Source: Thermodesulfobacteriota bacterium
GTDB taxonomy: Bacteria; Desulfobacterota; QYQD01
Assembly: GCA_040754095.1 (NCBI GenBank)
Contig: JBFMFO010000002.1
Coordinates: 73,853-137,852 of the forward strand
Direction of reading: 5' to 3'
Length of the DNA stretch: 64,000 nt
The notes beneath the pieces were generated by a model, which searched no databases, had not been told where the DNA came from, and was given only the letters and a program-made list of their open reading frames with translations. The position numbers were made by a program, and so were the translations under genes. Of this stretch, positions 53,292-63,758 are shown piece after piece (within the stretch, counting starts at the first letter, position 1; each line of letters begins with the position of its first letter).

Positions 53292-53885
53292 ATGTCTGAA
53301 TTAAAGAAAATCCTGGAGGCCTTGATATTCGTCTCCGAAACACCGCTCCGCCGGGATAAGATTATCGATGCCCTCCCGGAATACAAAAAGGAGGAGATAG
53401 AGGCGACCCTGATTCAACTCAAGGACGAATACGATGCCGAAGGCCGCAGCTTCGCCCTTTATGAGGTAGCCGAAGGCTTCCAGTTCAGGACAAGGCCTGA
53501 ATACCGGGATTGGATCGCCCGCCTGAAAAAATCCGCTCCGGCGCGACTCAGCCGCGAGGCCATGGAAACGCTGGCCATTATCGCCTACAAGCAACCCATA
53601 TTGCGGTCTGAAATAGAAAGGATCCGGGGGGTAGATGTGAGCGGCGTTCTGAAATCGCTTCTGGAGAAAAAACTTATTCGCATCGTGGGACGCAACAAGG
53701 AATTAGCCGGGAAACCCCTTATCTATGGGACCACCCAAAGATTTTTAGAGGTATTTGATCTAAGGGATCTGTCCTCCCTTCCCAGTCTTAAAGAAATCAA
53801 GGCCCTTACTCCTGATACTGTCGAGGGCAAAGAAAGGACTCCGGACCTCTTTGACCGGTCTGAGGGAACCGGAGTTGATAGCTGA
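53292..53885 (+). CDS. scpB: segregation and condensation protein B
   Basis: ILEALIFVSETPL N-terminus and tandem winged-helix ScpB pattern. Confidence 0.85.
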   Translation: MSELKKILEALIFVSETPLRRDKIIDALPEYKKEEIEATLIQLKDEYDAEGRSFALYEVAEGFQFRTRPEYRDWIARLKKSAPARLSREAMETLAIIAYKQPILRSEIERIRGVDVSGVLKSLLEKKLIRIVGRNKELAGKPLIYGTTQRFLEVFDLRDLSSLPSLKEIKALTPDTVEGKERTPDLFDRSEGTGVDS

Positions 53886-53914
53886 CGGCTGAACGCTGAT
53901 AGCTGGAATGTTTT

Positions 53915-54670
53915 ATGGAAGAAAGGCTGCATAAGACATTGGCCCGGCTCGGGATCGCCTCGCGAAGACACGCCGAAGATCTTATTCGCCAGGGCAAAGT
54001 TACGCTAAATGGCCGCATAGTTACCGCCATGGGTATAAAGGTGGATACCGAAAAGGATATGATCCTCATCGATGGCAGGCCGCTACCGCCCCCGGCGCCT
54101 CTTATCTATGTCCTGCTAAATAAGCCCAGGGGATATGTTACCACGCTGCGGGATCCCCAAAAAAGGCCGATAGTTACCGACCTCATGAAAGATATATCTG
54201 TCCGTGTCTGTCCGGTGGGAAGGCTGGATTACGACACCGAGGGTCTTCTATTGCTTACCAATGACGGGGACTTGTCCTTTAAACTCCAGCACCCGCGTTT
54301 TAAGGCGTACAAGACCTACGAAGCAGAGGTAAAAGGGAGACCTGCGAAGCAGGCTATTGATCGCCTGAGAAACGGAGTTATTATAGAAGACCGCAAGACG
54401 CAGCCTGCCCTGCTTAAGTGCCTCCGGGAAGGAGAAGATTCATCTCTTCTGGAGATAACCATCCGGGAAGGCCGGAAAAGGCAGATAAAAAAGATGTGCG
54501 CAATCATAGGGCACCCCGTGCTCAACCTGCGCCGTACAGCTTTTGCCGATCTCAAATTGGGTCATCTGGCCCCTGGCCAGTACCGGCTTCTCCGCCCGGA
54601 AGAGGTCAGAAAACTCAAAAATTACGTAACCATGCAGCCACAAAGTCGCCAAGACGCAAAGAATGGATAA
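53915..54670 (+). CDS. rluB: rRNA pseudouridine synthase (RluB/RsuA family)
   Basis: S4 domain (RLHKTLARLGIASRR) plus PseudoU_synth_2 catalytic motif (GRLDYDTEGLLLLTNDG). Confidence 0.85.
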   Translation: MEERLHKTLARLGIASRRHAEDLIRQGKVTLNGRIVTAMGIKVDTEKDMILIDGRPLPPPAPLIYVLLNKPRGYVTTLRDPQKRPIVTDLMKDISVRVCPVGRLDYDTEGLLLLTNDGDLSFKLQHPRFKAYKTYEAEVKGRPAKQAIDRLRNGVIIEDRKTQPALLKCLREGEDSSLLEITIREGRKRQIKKMCAIIGHPVLNLRRTAFADLKLGHLAPGQYRLLRPEEVRKLKNYVTMQPQSRQDAKNG

Positions 54671-54818
54671 GAAGAAAAGAAATGTCACATATCTCTTAGT
54701 GCCTTAGTGTCTTTGTGGCGGTGGTTTTTCACGAAACCGCCAAATTATTCTTTACAAGCTTATACAAGCTTTGGTATATGTATTGACCTAAGCCAAGACA
54801 GGTAGTGAGGATAGTGCC

Positions 54819-55103
54819 ATGAACAAGTCAGATTTAGTAGCGGCCCTGAGCAAAGAGACCGCCTTGACCAAGCAGGTAGCCGAAGAAGTAATTGACACTG
54901 TCTTTGAGGCCATGAGTCAGGCGCTGGTGGCCGGCGAGGGTATTGAGATAAGGGGACTGGGTAGTTTTGTAGTAAAGGACTACAAACCCTACATAGGCCG
55001 CAACCCCAAAACAGGCCGGAATATCGACGTATCTGCCAAAAAACTTCCATTCTTTAAGGCGGGTAAGGAATTAAAAGAACGGGTCAATTCCCAAAAGCCA
55101 TAA
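54819..55103 (+). CDS. HU/IHF-family DNA-binding protein
   Basis: MNKSDLVAALS...GIEIRGLGSF...RNPKTG signature; 94 aa. Confidence 0.8.
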   Translation: MNKSDLVAALSKETALTKQVAEEVIDTVFEAMSQALVAGEGIEIRGLGSFVVKDYKPYIGRNPKTGRNIDVSAKKLPFFKAGKELKERVNSQKP

Positions 55104-55107
55104 ATCA

Positions 55108-55980
55108 TTGCATTGTTATCCTGGCGTGACGCTAAAGCCTAAGGGTTCATCCATCACAGTCAACATATTTCTTTTTGTGCTGACGGTCATTTCAACCACG
55201 GCGGCCGGGGCCCTCCAGCAAGGAGTCTCCTTAGCTGACCTGCTTAAAGACTGGACCCTTTTAACCAAAGGAATCCCCTTTTCCTTTACCCTCCTGGCCA
55301 TACTCATAACCCATGAGATGAGTCACTATTTCGTCTCCCGATACCACGGTGTACACGTTACCCTGCCCTTTTTCATCCCTGCCCCATCGGTAATCGGCAC
55401 CTTCGGGGCCTTTATCCGGATAAAATCACCCATGGAAGACCGAAGGGCACTCCTGGATATCGGCCTCTCCGGACCACTGGGAGGAGCCGTCGTAGCCATC
55501 CCGGTGCTCTATATCGGGCTTAAGATGTCCACTATTCAGGTAATGCCTAAACCCATCGGCGTGGAACTCGGGTCTTCCATCCTCCTTGACCAGATGGTAC
55601 GGCTCACGCTGGGCAAACTACCTGACTATTATCAGGTCGTCCTCCACCCGGTAGCCTTTGCCGGCTGGATCGGGCTCCTGGTGACATCTCTTAACCTCAT
55701 CCCCATCGGCCAACTGGACGGCGGACATATCGCCTACGCCATCCTGGGAGAGAAATCAAGGGGGCTCGCCATTGTCTGTTTTATCGCCCTTATAATCCTC
55801 GGGCTGACGGGCTGGTCCGGCTGGTTTATATGGGCGGGGCTGCTCTACGTTATGGGCTGGCAGCATCCCCCGCCGCTTAATCCCGCCATTCCACTGGACA
55901 CAAAACGAAAGTGGCTTGGGGTACTGGCCTTGATCCTTTTTGTGGTGACCTTTACTCCGACACCGTTCAGCGGGTTTTAG
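55108..55980 (+). CDS. site-2 protease (M50) family membrane metalloprotease
   Basis: HEMSHY (HExxH) within a TM helix, multiple TM segments, downstream LDGG motif. Confidence 0.75.
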   Translation: MHCYPGVTLKPKGSSITVNIFLFVLTVISTTAAGALQQGVSLADLLKDWTLLTKGIPFSFTLLAILITHEMSHYFVSRYHGVHVTLPFFIPAPSVIGTFGAFIRIKSPMEDRRALLDIGLSGPLGGAVVAIPVLYIGLKMSTIQVMPKPIGVELGSSILLDQMVRLTLGKLPDYYQVVLHPVAFAGWIGLLVTSLNLIPIGQLDGGHIAYAILGEKSRGLAIVCFIALIILGLTGWSGWFIWAGLLYVMGWQHPPPLNPAIPLDTKRKWLGVLALILFVVTFTPTPFSGF

Positions 55981-56127
55981 GCAAATATAACGCATTGACC
56001 TGGGCCTGTCTTTCCTTTAGAATTTAAAGCCAGGGCGCAGATAGAAACATCTCAAATTTCAAATTTGAGATTTAAGATGTTTCCTTTGCGTCTCTGCGGT
56101 GAACTTTTTGATAATACGAAATAATTC

Positions 56128-59010
56128 ATGGGGGACACGATGAAAAAGGTAATATTTGTCCTTTGTTTAATAGTCCTCGGCATTTTTTATTTTTGCAACT
56201 GTTATGCTGAGGAAGGCTTTCAGGTCCTGGCCCCGGCCCGCGCGGTTAAGCTGTCTTATCAGGTTATAGGCGAAAGCAAGTTACTGGTTTCGGCCCTGGA
56301 TGCCGAAGATAATCCTGTTGAGGGACTGAAGGCCGAAGACTTTGTAGTGCAAATGGGACGGAAAAAAGCCAGGATATTATCGGCGGAGCCCCTTGAAACC
56401 AGAAGGGACGTAGGGCTGAACGTGGTCCTGGTTGTGGATAATTCTTTTTCCATGAAGGAGCGCCATGCCGTACAGCCGCTCCTCTCGGCCCTGGAAGAAT
56501 TTCTCAAAATAGTGCGGCCCATCGACGATGTTCAGGTGGTGGTCTTCGATGATGCACATACCATAAGGGTCAATGAACGCGACCTGCACGTCAAGACCTT
56601 TCATTCCAATGATGTCTTAAGGCTCAGGGAATTTTTCCGGGAAAGCTTTGATCGCGGGTTGACCAACCGGACCTTCCTCTACGAAGGCATGGCGGCCGGA
56701 CTGGATTTAATCCAAAAGACGCCGGAAAAGGGCAATAAGTTTCTCGTGCTCTTCTCAGACGGCGAGGATCTCAACAGCACCTTGGACCGTAAGGCGGTAG
56801 AGGCCGCGGCCGGGAGGATAGTGAATCTTGCGGCCTATTCCATAGACTATATGCCGGTGACGGCTCCGGACCCCTTTCTTAAATCGTTTGCCGAGGCCCA
56901 TGGAGGCAAGATATGGAAGGCTGCTTCCGCCGTTGAACTTCTGCCCATTTTCCAGTCCTTTTCTACGACCTTGTTTCATCGCTACGTAGTTACGTATCGT
57001 TTTCTAAATCCTCCCCAGGGAACATTGTCCCTGGAGCCTGCGGAATTAAATTTTGACATGTTTACCATGAACGATGGCTCGCCGGTATTGAATCATGTAT
57101 TCTTTGAGGCCGGCAAAAGTGAGATTCCCGGAAAGTATGTCCTTCTGAAGGACAGGGCGCAGACGCAGGCCTTTGATGAAAAGACCCTGAAATCTGCGCC
57201 GGAGTTGTATTACAACCTGCTCAATATCGTGGGCAGACGTCTGACCCAAAATCCTATGGCCCGGGTGCGTATCGTAGGCTGCAACTCAGATACCGGTGTG
57301 GAGAAGAATAACCTTGATCTTTCGAGCCGCCGGGCCGAGGCGGTAAGGACCTATCTTTATAACGTCTGGGGGATGGATCCCCTGCGCATGAAGGTGGAGA
57401 CCCGCAATCTGCCGGCGCAGGCCACGGCTATGGACGTACTGGGCGGACGGGCGGAAAATCAGCGGGTAGAAATTATATACGATCTGCTGGCTATGCAGGC
57501 GGATGCGGCAAATGCTTTTATTCCAGAAACGAACGGCATAGATGAGATAAAAATCCGGCCGCAGATAACGGCCGAATATGGCATTGCCGATTGGGAACTC
57601 ACCCTCCTCGGCAATAATGAACCTATAAAGACCATAAAGGGCACGGGTAACCTAAAGCCGTTATATGCGTTTCCTCTGGACGAACTGGGCCGGGCGAGGC
57701 TGGCCGCTATCGGCAACCTTGAAGCCCGTATCAGAGTGACGGACGTCTATGGTGATATCCATGAAACTACTGCGGGTCCCTGTCCGGTAAGGGGTTCCAG
57801 GAAAAAAGTGATACATGGGCTTGTGCCTCCACCCTCCGGATCGCTGGACATGGATCCGGATAAGATAACTATCGAGGAAGTGACCACGGTCGACAGCTCT
57901 CCATTACTTAATTATGTATATTTTGAGACAGGCGAAGGAGTAATCCCCGGTCGTTATGCCCTTTTCACAGATAAGGCTGAAACCGGGGTATTTAAAGAGA
58001 GTGGATTAAAAGGCACGATGGACAAGTATCATCACATCCTGAACGTTATAGGAAAACGAATGACCGGGCATCCGGAGGCCCGTATAAAAATTGTCGGCTG
58101 TAACGCGCATTATGGCGTGGAGCGGGGTAAACTTAACCTCTCCCGGCAGAGGGCCGGGGCCGTACAGTCTTATTTAAAAGATATATGGGCCATAGACCCG
58201 GCCCGGATGGATATTGAGACCCGCAGTCTGCCGGCCATGGCCAGCACCAACCGGATAAATGAGGGGAGAGTCGAAAACCAGCGCGCGGAGATATATTCTG
58301 ATTCCCCGGCCATAACTGATACCATAAAAAGCACATATATGGAGGCGGTGAGCGACGCCAAAGAAATCCGGCTCTTGCCACAGATCCAGGCCGGGTATGG
58401 CGTAGCGCATTGGGATATGGAGATAATGGGTGATGACGCCGTAATCCGTTCTGTAGATGGCGAGGGAGAACCTGCGCCGGCCTACGCCTTCGATTTGAAA
58501 GACCTTGATCTCCGCAAGATCGGCGCTTACAAAAATCTCAGCGTTCGCATGGAGGTCATAGACGAAAAAGGGCAGAGCTATAAGACCGTTTCCGCACCTT
58601 CTTCAGTCACGTTTATAAAACGCGAGGAACAGGTTGCCCAGAAGACGGGCCATAAGGTGCTGGAAAAATATGCACTTATACTCTTTGACTTTGATCGTGC
58701 GGATATAAAGGAACAGAATAAGGCCGTCCTGAATCAGATAATCGGGAGGATAAAACAACTCCCGGCCGCCGTGGTGAAGATCGTCGGCCATACAGATACC
58801 ATAGGCAAAGAAGATTACAACCTGAAGCTGTCGGAGAGGCGGGCCAGGGCTGTTTACGATCAGATACTGGCCGGAGGGATTACAGCGGATGATAGAATCA
58901 CCTATGCGGGCGTAGGCCCCCGTGATCCCCTTTATGATAACAGCCGGCCGGAGGGCCGGGCACTCAACCGGACGGTGACCGTTTGCCTGGAGTATGAGGT
59001 AAAAGAATAG
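56128..59010 (+). CDS. secreted vWA-domain protein with three OmpA-like domains
   Basis: Signal peptide; vWA MIDAS (VVLVVDNSFSM); two tandem ~230-aa repeats each ending in a variant OmpA-like domain (IVGCNSD / IVGCNAH ... ENQRVEI); then a canonical OmpA_C domain (VGHTDTIGKEDYNLKLSERRA...NRTVTV). Confidence 0.75.
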   Translation: MGDTMKKVIFVLCLIVLGIFYFCNCYAEEGFQVLAPARAVKLSYQVIGESKLLVSALDAEDNPVEGLKAEDFVVQMGRKKARILSAEPLETRRDVGLNVVLVVDNSFSMKERHAVQPLLSALEEFLKIVRPIDDVQVVVFDDAHTIRVNERDLHVKTFHSNDVLRLREFFRESFDRGLTNRTFLYEGMAAGLDLIQKTPEKGNKFLVLFSDGEDLNSTLDRKAVEAAAGRIVNLAAYSIDYMPVTAPDPFLKSFAEAHGGKIWKAASAVELLPIFQSFSTTLFHRYVVTYRFLNPPQGTLSLEPAELNFDMFTMNDGSPVLNHVFFEAGKSEIPGKYVLLKDRAQTQAFDEKTLKSAPELYYNLLNIVGRRLTQNPMARVRIVGCNSDTGVEKNNLDLSSRRAEAVRTYLYNVWGMDPLRMKVETRNLPAQATAMDVLGGRAENQRVEIIYDLLAMQADAANAFIPETNGIDEIKIRPQITAEYGIADWELTLLGNNEPIKTIKGTGNLKPLYAFPLDELGRARLAAIGNLEARIRVTDVYGDIHETTAGPCPVRGSRKKVIHGLVPPPSGSLDMDPDKITIEEVTTVDSSPLLNYVYFETGEGVIPGRYALFTDKAETGVFKESGLKGTMDKYHHILNVIGKRMTGHPEARIKIVGCNAHYGVERGKLNLSRQRAGAVQSYLKDIWAIDPARMDIETRSLPAMASTNRINEGRVENQRAEIYSDSPAITDTIKSTYMEAVSDAKEIRLLPQIQAGYGVAHWDMEIMGDDAVIRSVDGEGEPAPAYAFDLKDLDLRKIGAYKNLSVRMEVIDEKGQSYKTVSAPSSVTFIKREEQVAQKTGHKVLEKYALILFDFDRADIKEQNKAVLNQIIGRIKQLPAAVVKIVGHTDTIGKEDYNLKLSERRARAVYDQILAGGITADDRITYAGVGPRDPLYDNSRPEGRALNRTVTVCLEYEVKE

Positions 59011-59848
59011 ACAGCCGCATGCTTATGTCGCAGGCCGGGGCTGAGTGAGTGAGGGCCCCGATGGATATTAAATCCACGCCGGTCTCCGCTATTTCCCGCA
59101 CGTTCTTTAAATTTACCCCGCCCGAGGCCTCCAGTATGGCCTTTCCCCCGGTCAGGGCCACAGCCTCTTTCAGTGTCGGGATGTCCATGTTGTCCAGGAG
59201 AATGGCCCCGGCTCCAGCCTCCAGAGCCTCCTGGAGCTGGTCTATGTTGCCGACTTCTACCTCAACCTTCATGCCAGGCGGGGCAGAGGCCCTAGCCCGC
59301 CTAATGGCCTCAGATAATGAGGGAACCGCGGCCAGGTGGTTGTCCTTGATTAAAACGGCGTCGTAGAGGCCGAAGCGGTGATTATGGCCGCCCCCCATCC
59401 GGACGGCGTACTTTTCCAGAAGGCGCAGGCCGGGGGTGGTCTTCCGGGTGTCCAAGATCTTAACCGGCAACCCGGCCACGGCCTCAACGAATTTATGGGT
59501 GTGGGTGGCGATACCCGATAGTCGCTGCAGAAAATTGAGGGCTACCCTTTCCCCTCTGAGCAGGTCGGCGACCGACCCGTAACCCTCGGCCAGTACCTCT
59601 CCATGTGCAGCTCGCCCCCCGTCTTTGAGGAGAGCTTTAAATTCAATAGCGGGGTTCAGCGTATGAAAAACTTGCCCGGCGATTTCAATCCCGGCGACCA
59701 GGAAGTCCTGTTTGGCTACGATGGTGGCCTGTCCCTGGAGTTCAGGATCGATCAGGGCCTCCGTGGTCAGATCCCCCGGCCCGATATCCTCAGCCAGGGC
59801 CTGTTCGATGAGAAATTTTATTGATGTAGATATATCCATAGGCATCAT
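58964..59848 (-). CDS. nadC: nicotinate-nucleotide pyrophosphorylase (carboxylating)
   Basis: ALAEDIGPGDLTT N-terminus and QPRTase C-domain; its 3' end overlaps the convergent vWA/OmpA gene by 47 nt. Confidence 0.9.
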   Translation of the reverse strand: MMPMDISTSIKFLIEQALAEDIGPGDLTTEALIDPELQGQATIVAKQDFLVAGIEIAGQVFHTLNPAIEFKALLKDGGRAAHGEVLAEGYGSVADLLRGERVALNFLQRLSGIATHTHKFVEAVAGLPVKILDTRKTTPGLRLLEKYAVRMGGGHNHRFGLYDAVLIKDNHLAAVPSLSEAIRRARASAPPGMKVEVEVGNIDQLQEALEAGAGAILLDNMDIPTLKEAVALTGGKAILEASGGVNLKNVREIAETGVDLISIGALTHSAPACDISMRLSILLPHTPGKRSPSG

Positions 59849-60624
59849 CCTTTTATCTCCACCAACTTCCCCACCCGATCCTGCCAGGATAGTGAAAGAC
59901 CGGTAGCAGCCGAAGACTGTTTAAGAAAATTTTTGACGGTTTGATAGGCCTTCTCCGGGTGATTATTAACCTGGCTCAAATGGGCCAGGACTATGTGCTG
60001 CAACCCGGGATGGAGTATCTCTTCCAGCAACTGGCAGGTCTGATAATTTGATAAATGGCCTAAACGCCCTTTTATCCTCTGTTTCAGCTCCCACGGATAA
60101 GGGCCGTATTCCAGCATCTCCGGGTCATGATTGGCCTCCATAATCACGGCCTGGCAGCCCTTCAGCTCGTTAGAAGCAAGGCGCGTAACCATCCCCAGGT
60201 CCGTAGAGATGCCCAACTTAACCCGGTCGTTACTGACGCAAAGGCCGATCGGATCAGCGGCGTCATGAGGGATGGAAAAGGGGTGAACGGTAATACTATC
60301 GACACTGAAAGACCGGCCGCTCTCGACAGTGCATACCTCTTTTATACGGCCCAGGTATCTAGCCGCAGCCCGATGGGTAGCAGATGTCATATAGACGGGC
60401 AGGTCAAAACGGCGCGAGATAACACCGACCCCGCGGATATGATCATTATGTTCATGGGTGACTATGACACCGTTCAGAGAATCCGGAGAAACCCCGATAG
60501 TGTTTAAGCGCCTCGTAATTTCCGTTGCGCTCAATCCCGCATCGACCAGGAAGCGTGCCCCTTGAGACTCCAGGTACGTACAATTCCCCTTACTGCCGCT
60601 GGCCAGTACACAAAATCGGATCAC
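59845..60624 (-). CDS. MBL-fold metallo-hydrolase (YycJ/PhnP-like)
   Basis: HEHNDH metal-binding motif and beta-lactamase fold pattern; 259 aa. Confidence 0.75.
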   Translation of the reverse strand: MIRFCVLASGSKGNCTYLESQGARFLVDAGLSATEITRRLNTIGVSPDSLNGVIVTHEHNDHIRGVGVISRRFDLPVYMTSATHRAAARYLGRIKEVCTVESGRSFSVDSITVHPFSIPHDAADPIGLCVSNDRVKLGISTDLGMVTRLASNELKGCQAVIMEANHDPEMLEYGPYPWELKQRIKGRLGHLSNYQTCQLLEEILHPGLQHIVLAHLSQVNNHPEKAYQTVKNFLKQSSAATGLSLSWQDRVGKLVEIKG

Positions 60625-60838
60625 CTCCGGCCTCCATCGAATAATGTTAGAGAGAACCGATAATTCTTAGGTCAATCTGTGGGGAGAGTCAAGAAATATT
60701 TGTAGGAGTGTCTTTTTTAACACTCTGCCTCCACCTTATCTATATCATGCTTTTTCGTAGCATTATTGTCCCGTATCATGTAACTTAATCCGTCAAATCG
60801 CAGATGCGCCGGGGCGCAAACTTGGACAGGAATAGGAA

Positions 60839-61321
60839 ATGACCAAACCGGATCAAACAAACGTGGTAGAAATCTTCACAGACGGGGCGTGCAGCGGGAA
60901 CCCCGGGCCGGGCGGATGGGGCGTTATCCTGCGCTTTGGGGCGCATGAAAAAGAGTTGTCCGGATTCAACCCGGATACTACCAATAACCGCATGGAGCTT
61001 CTGGCCGCCATACGGGCCCTGGAAAGCCTGAAAAAACCTTGCCGGGTTATATTAACCACGGATTCGGCCTATCTCAAAAACGGCATTACCACCTGGATAC
61101 ATAACTGGAAAAAAAGAGGCTGGTGTAAGAGCAATAAAAAGCCGGTGGAAAATGTGGATTTGTGGCAGCGGCTTGACACCTTAGCATCCCGGCACAATAT
61201 CGAATGGCGCTGGGTTCGCGGCCATCAGGGACACCCGGAAAATGACCGCGCCGACCGGTTAGCGGTTTCCGCCATTAAAAAGGCCCTGGCCGGTGAGATA
61301 GTGGATGTCATTAGTCAATAG
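60839..61321 (+). CDS. rnhA: ribonuclease HI
   Basis: [15 protein letters not shown] ... RMEL ... TDS ... catalytic DEDD pattern; the last 5 codons lie inside a GTCA-rich hairpin repeat. Confidence 0.9.
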   Translation: MTKPDQTNVVEIFTDGACSGNPGPGGWGVILRFGAHEKELSGFNPDTTNNRMELLAAIRALESLKKPCRVILTTDSAYLKNGITTWIHNWKKRGWCKSNKKPVENVDLWQRLDTLASRHNIEWRWVRGHQGHPENDRADRLAVSAIKKALAGEIVDVISQ

Positions 61322-61392
61322 TCAGTTGTCACTGGTAAAAGTGATCCATCTTTCCAACTTAATCAATGACTAATGACCAGTGACCAGTGACG
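61307..61392 (+). repeat. GTCA-rich long hairpin repeat, family B copy 2 (overlaps the rnhA stop)
   Basis: gtcattagtcaatagtcagttgtcactggtaaaag ... aatcaatgactaatgaccagtgaccagtgacg. Confidence 0.7.
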
Positions 61393-61439
61393 TTTTAAAT
61401 TTTGGCATTGATTTGAACTTTTAACTTTGAACTTTTAAC

Positions 61440-62123
61440 TTAAGCCTGCTTCACTCCCTCCTTCCCTTGCTCGCTGATATGTCTTATGACCCGGCCTTCG
61501 ACCATGAAAATGACATCCTCGGCAATATTGGTAGCCAGGTCGGCTATGCGCTCCAGATTAAGGGCAACGATGAGGAGGTGAACCCCTTGACTAATAGTCG
61601 ATGGGTCATTCATCATGTGTTCCAGTATGTCGCAGACCACCTTTAAGTAAAGGTTATCTATAACGTCATCCCGCGCGCAAACAGACGCAGCGATACGGGT
61701 ATCTTGATTAACAAAGGAGTCTATGGCCTCCCGTAGCATCTCCTGGCAATTGCCGGCCATCCTGTTCAACCCCAGAGGTTTAATCATAAAAGGCTCTTCG
61801 GCCATGAGGACAACACGTTCAGCGATATTAACGGCCTGGTCGCCCATACGCTCCAGGTCGATATTAATGCGCATGGCCGTCGTTATAAAACGCAGGTCTA
61901 TGGCCATGGGCTGCTGGAGGGCCAGAAGCTTCAGGCACTGATGATCTATCTCGTTTTCCAGCCGGTCTATCTCCTCGTCTTTGTCTATAATACAATGGGC
62001 CTCGTACACATTGCGTTTGTTAAATGCAAGGATGGTGTCTTTCAATAATTCCTCAACCAGAGAAGACATCTCCAGGAGCTTAATCTTTAAATTTGTCAGT
62101 TCGTGGTGGAAGGTGGTGGGCAT
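61440..62123 (-). CDS. phoU: phosphate signalling complex protein PhoU
   Basis: Two PhoU repeats (E...D...ERIGD motifs); 227 aa; directly downstream of pstB. Confidence 0.9.
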   Translation of the reverse strand: MPTTFHHELTNLKIKLLEMSSLVEELLKDTILAFNKRNVYEAHCIIDKDEEIDRLENEIDHQCLKLLALQQPMAIDLRFITTAMRINIDLERMGDQAVNIAERVVLMAEEPFMIKPLGLNRMAGNCQEMLREAIDSFVNQDTRIAASVCARDDVIDNLYLKVVCDILEHMMNDPSTISQGVHLLIVALNLERIADLATNIAEDVIFMVEGRVIRHISEQGKEGVKQA

Positions 62124-62138
62124 AGTTTATCTCCGGTA

Positions 62139-62900
62139 TCACCCGAATCGGCCGGTGATGTAATCTTCAGTCTGTTTGAGTTTGGGTCTGGTAAACATCG
62201 TCTCCGTATCATCAACCTCAACGATCCGCCCCAGGTAAAAAAACGCGGTAATGTCCGATACCCGCGCCGCCTGTTGCATATTATGGGTAACGATAATTAT
62301 AGTATATTTTTCCTTGAGTTGGTGAATTAATTCTTCAATGCGCTGGGTGGCAATCGGATCCAGGGCCGACGCCGGCTCATCCATAAGCAGGACTTCCGGT
62401 TCGACCGCCAGGGCCCGGGCGATGCAAAGGCGCTGCTGCTGCCCGCCGGAAAGACCCATGGCCGATTCCTGAAGCCGATCCTTGACCTCATCCCAAATGG
62501 CCGCATCGATAAGGGCCTTTTCCACAATCTCGGCCAGTTTATTCCTGTCCTTTAAGCCGCCAATACGCAGGCCATAAGCCACGTTGTCAAAAATAGACTT
62601 TGGGAATGGATTGGACTTTTGAAAGACCATGCCGATGCGTCGCCGGATATCCACGACATCCACAGAACGATCATATATATCGTGTCCATCGATAAAGACC
62701 TTACCTTCTATCCGCACACCTGCGATGGTCTCATTCATACGGTTTAAACAGCGCAGAAAAGTGCTCTTCCCGCACCCCGAAGGCCCGATAAAGGCCGTGA
62801 CCTTATAGGGCGGTATCCGAATACTTATATCATGAAGGGCCTGAACCGGGCCGTAAAAAAAATTAAGTCCTTCCGTCCATATCTTGGCTTCTTCCGCCAT
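62139..62900 (-). CDS. pstB: phosphate ABC transporter ATP-binding protein
   Basis: Walker [13 protein letters not shown] signature LSGGQQQR, Walker B LLMDEP. Confidence 0.95.
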   Translation of the reverse strand: MAEEAKIWTEGLNFFYGPVQALHDISIRIPPYKVTAFIGPSGCGKSTFLRCLNRMNETIAGVRIEGKVFIDGHDIYDRSVDVVDIRRRIGMVFQKSNPFPKSIFDNVAYGLRIGGLKDRNKLAEIVEKALIDAAIWDEVKDRLQESAMGLSGGQQQRLCIARALAVEPEVLLMDEPASALDPIATQRIEELIHQLKEKYTIIIVTHNMQQAARVSDITAFFYLGRIVEVDDTETMFTRPKLKQTEDYITGRFG

Positions 62901-62909
62901 AAGATTTTC

Positions 62910-63758
62910 TTAATCTCGTTTCTTGCGAAAATGATACCGGATAATTACCGCGACCAGATTAAGACCGACCACAAGCGCGATCAGAACAAGGGCCGTGCCG
63001 TAGGCCAGGGGCATTACCTTTTCCACGTCATGGTGCTGGGTGGCCAGGACATACAGGTGGTAAGGCAGGGCCATGAACTGGCTGAAGGGGCTGTCCGGGA
63101 GGAACGGGAGAAAAAAGGCCGCGCCGGTAAAGAGGATGGGTGCGGTCTCACCCGCGGCCCTGGCCAGCCCCAGAATCGTTCCGGTAAGCATCCCGGGGAT
63201 GGCATAGGGCAGGACATTGGTGCGGATGGCCTGCCACTTGGTAGCTCCCAGGGCCAAAGCCCCGTCGCGATATGACTTGGGTACAGTTTTGAGGGCCTCT
63301 TCGCTCGCCGTAATCGTCCAGGGAAGTGTAAGAAGCCCTAGCGTGAGCCCCGCCGACAGCACGGAGGCTCCAAGATGAAGCATGCGCACGAAGATAGCCA
63401 CACCGAATAGCCCATAGACAATGGAGGGAACGCCGGAGAGATTGCGAATGGAAAGACGTATGACACGGGTAAGCGGACCATGCGGGGCATATTCGTTAAG
63501 ATAAACGGCGGCGAACATACCCAGCGGAACCGCAAACAAGGCTGTAATCACGGTAACATAGACCGTGCCGACTATCGCCGGGAATATACCGCCCTCGGTC
63601 ATGCCCATCCGGGGTTCCGCCGTCAAAAATTCCCAGGAGATGACACCGATCCCCTTATAGAAGATATCAAACAGGATGAATCCCAGAATAAGCACCACAA
63701 GAACGCTGCCCAGGCGGAACAAATTAAAGCCGAGCGTCTCCACCGTCTCTTTCTTCAT
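62910..63758 (-). CDS. pstA: phosphate ABC transporter permease PstA
   Basis: 6-TM ABC permease with EAA-like loop; follows pstC with a 1-nt overlap. Confidence 0.9.
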   Translation of the reverse strand: MKKETVETLGFNLFRLGSVLVVLILGFILFDIFYKGIGVISWEFLTAEPRMGMTEGGIFPAIVGTVYVTVITALFAVPLGMFAAVYLNEYAPHGPLTRVIRLSIRNLSGVPSIVYGLFGVAIFVRMLHLGASVLSAGLTLGLLTLPWTITASEEALKTVPKSYRDGALALGATKWQAIRTNVLPYAIPGMLTGTILGLARAAGETAPILFTGAAFFLPFLPDSPFSQFMALPYHLYVLATQHHDVEKVMPLAYGTALVLIALVVGLNLVAVIIRYHFRKKRD

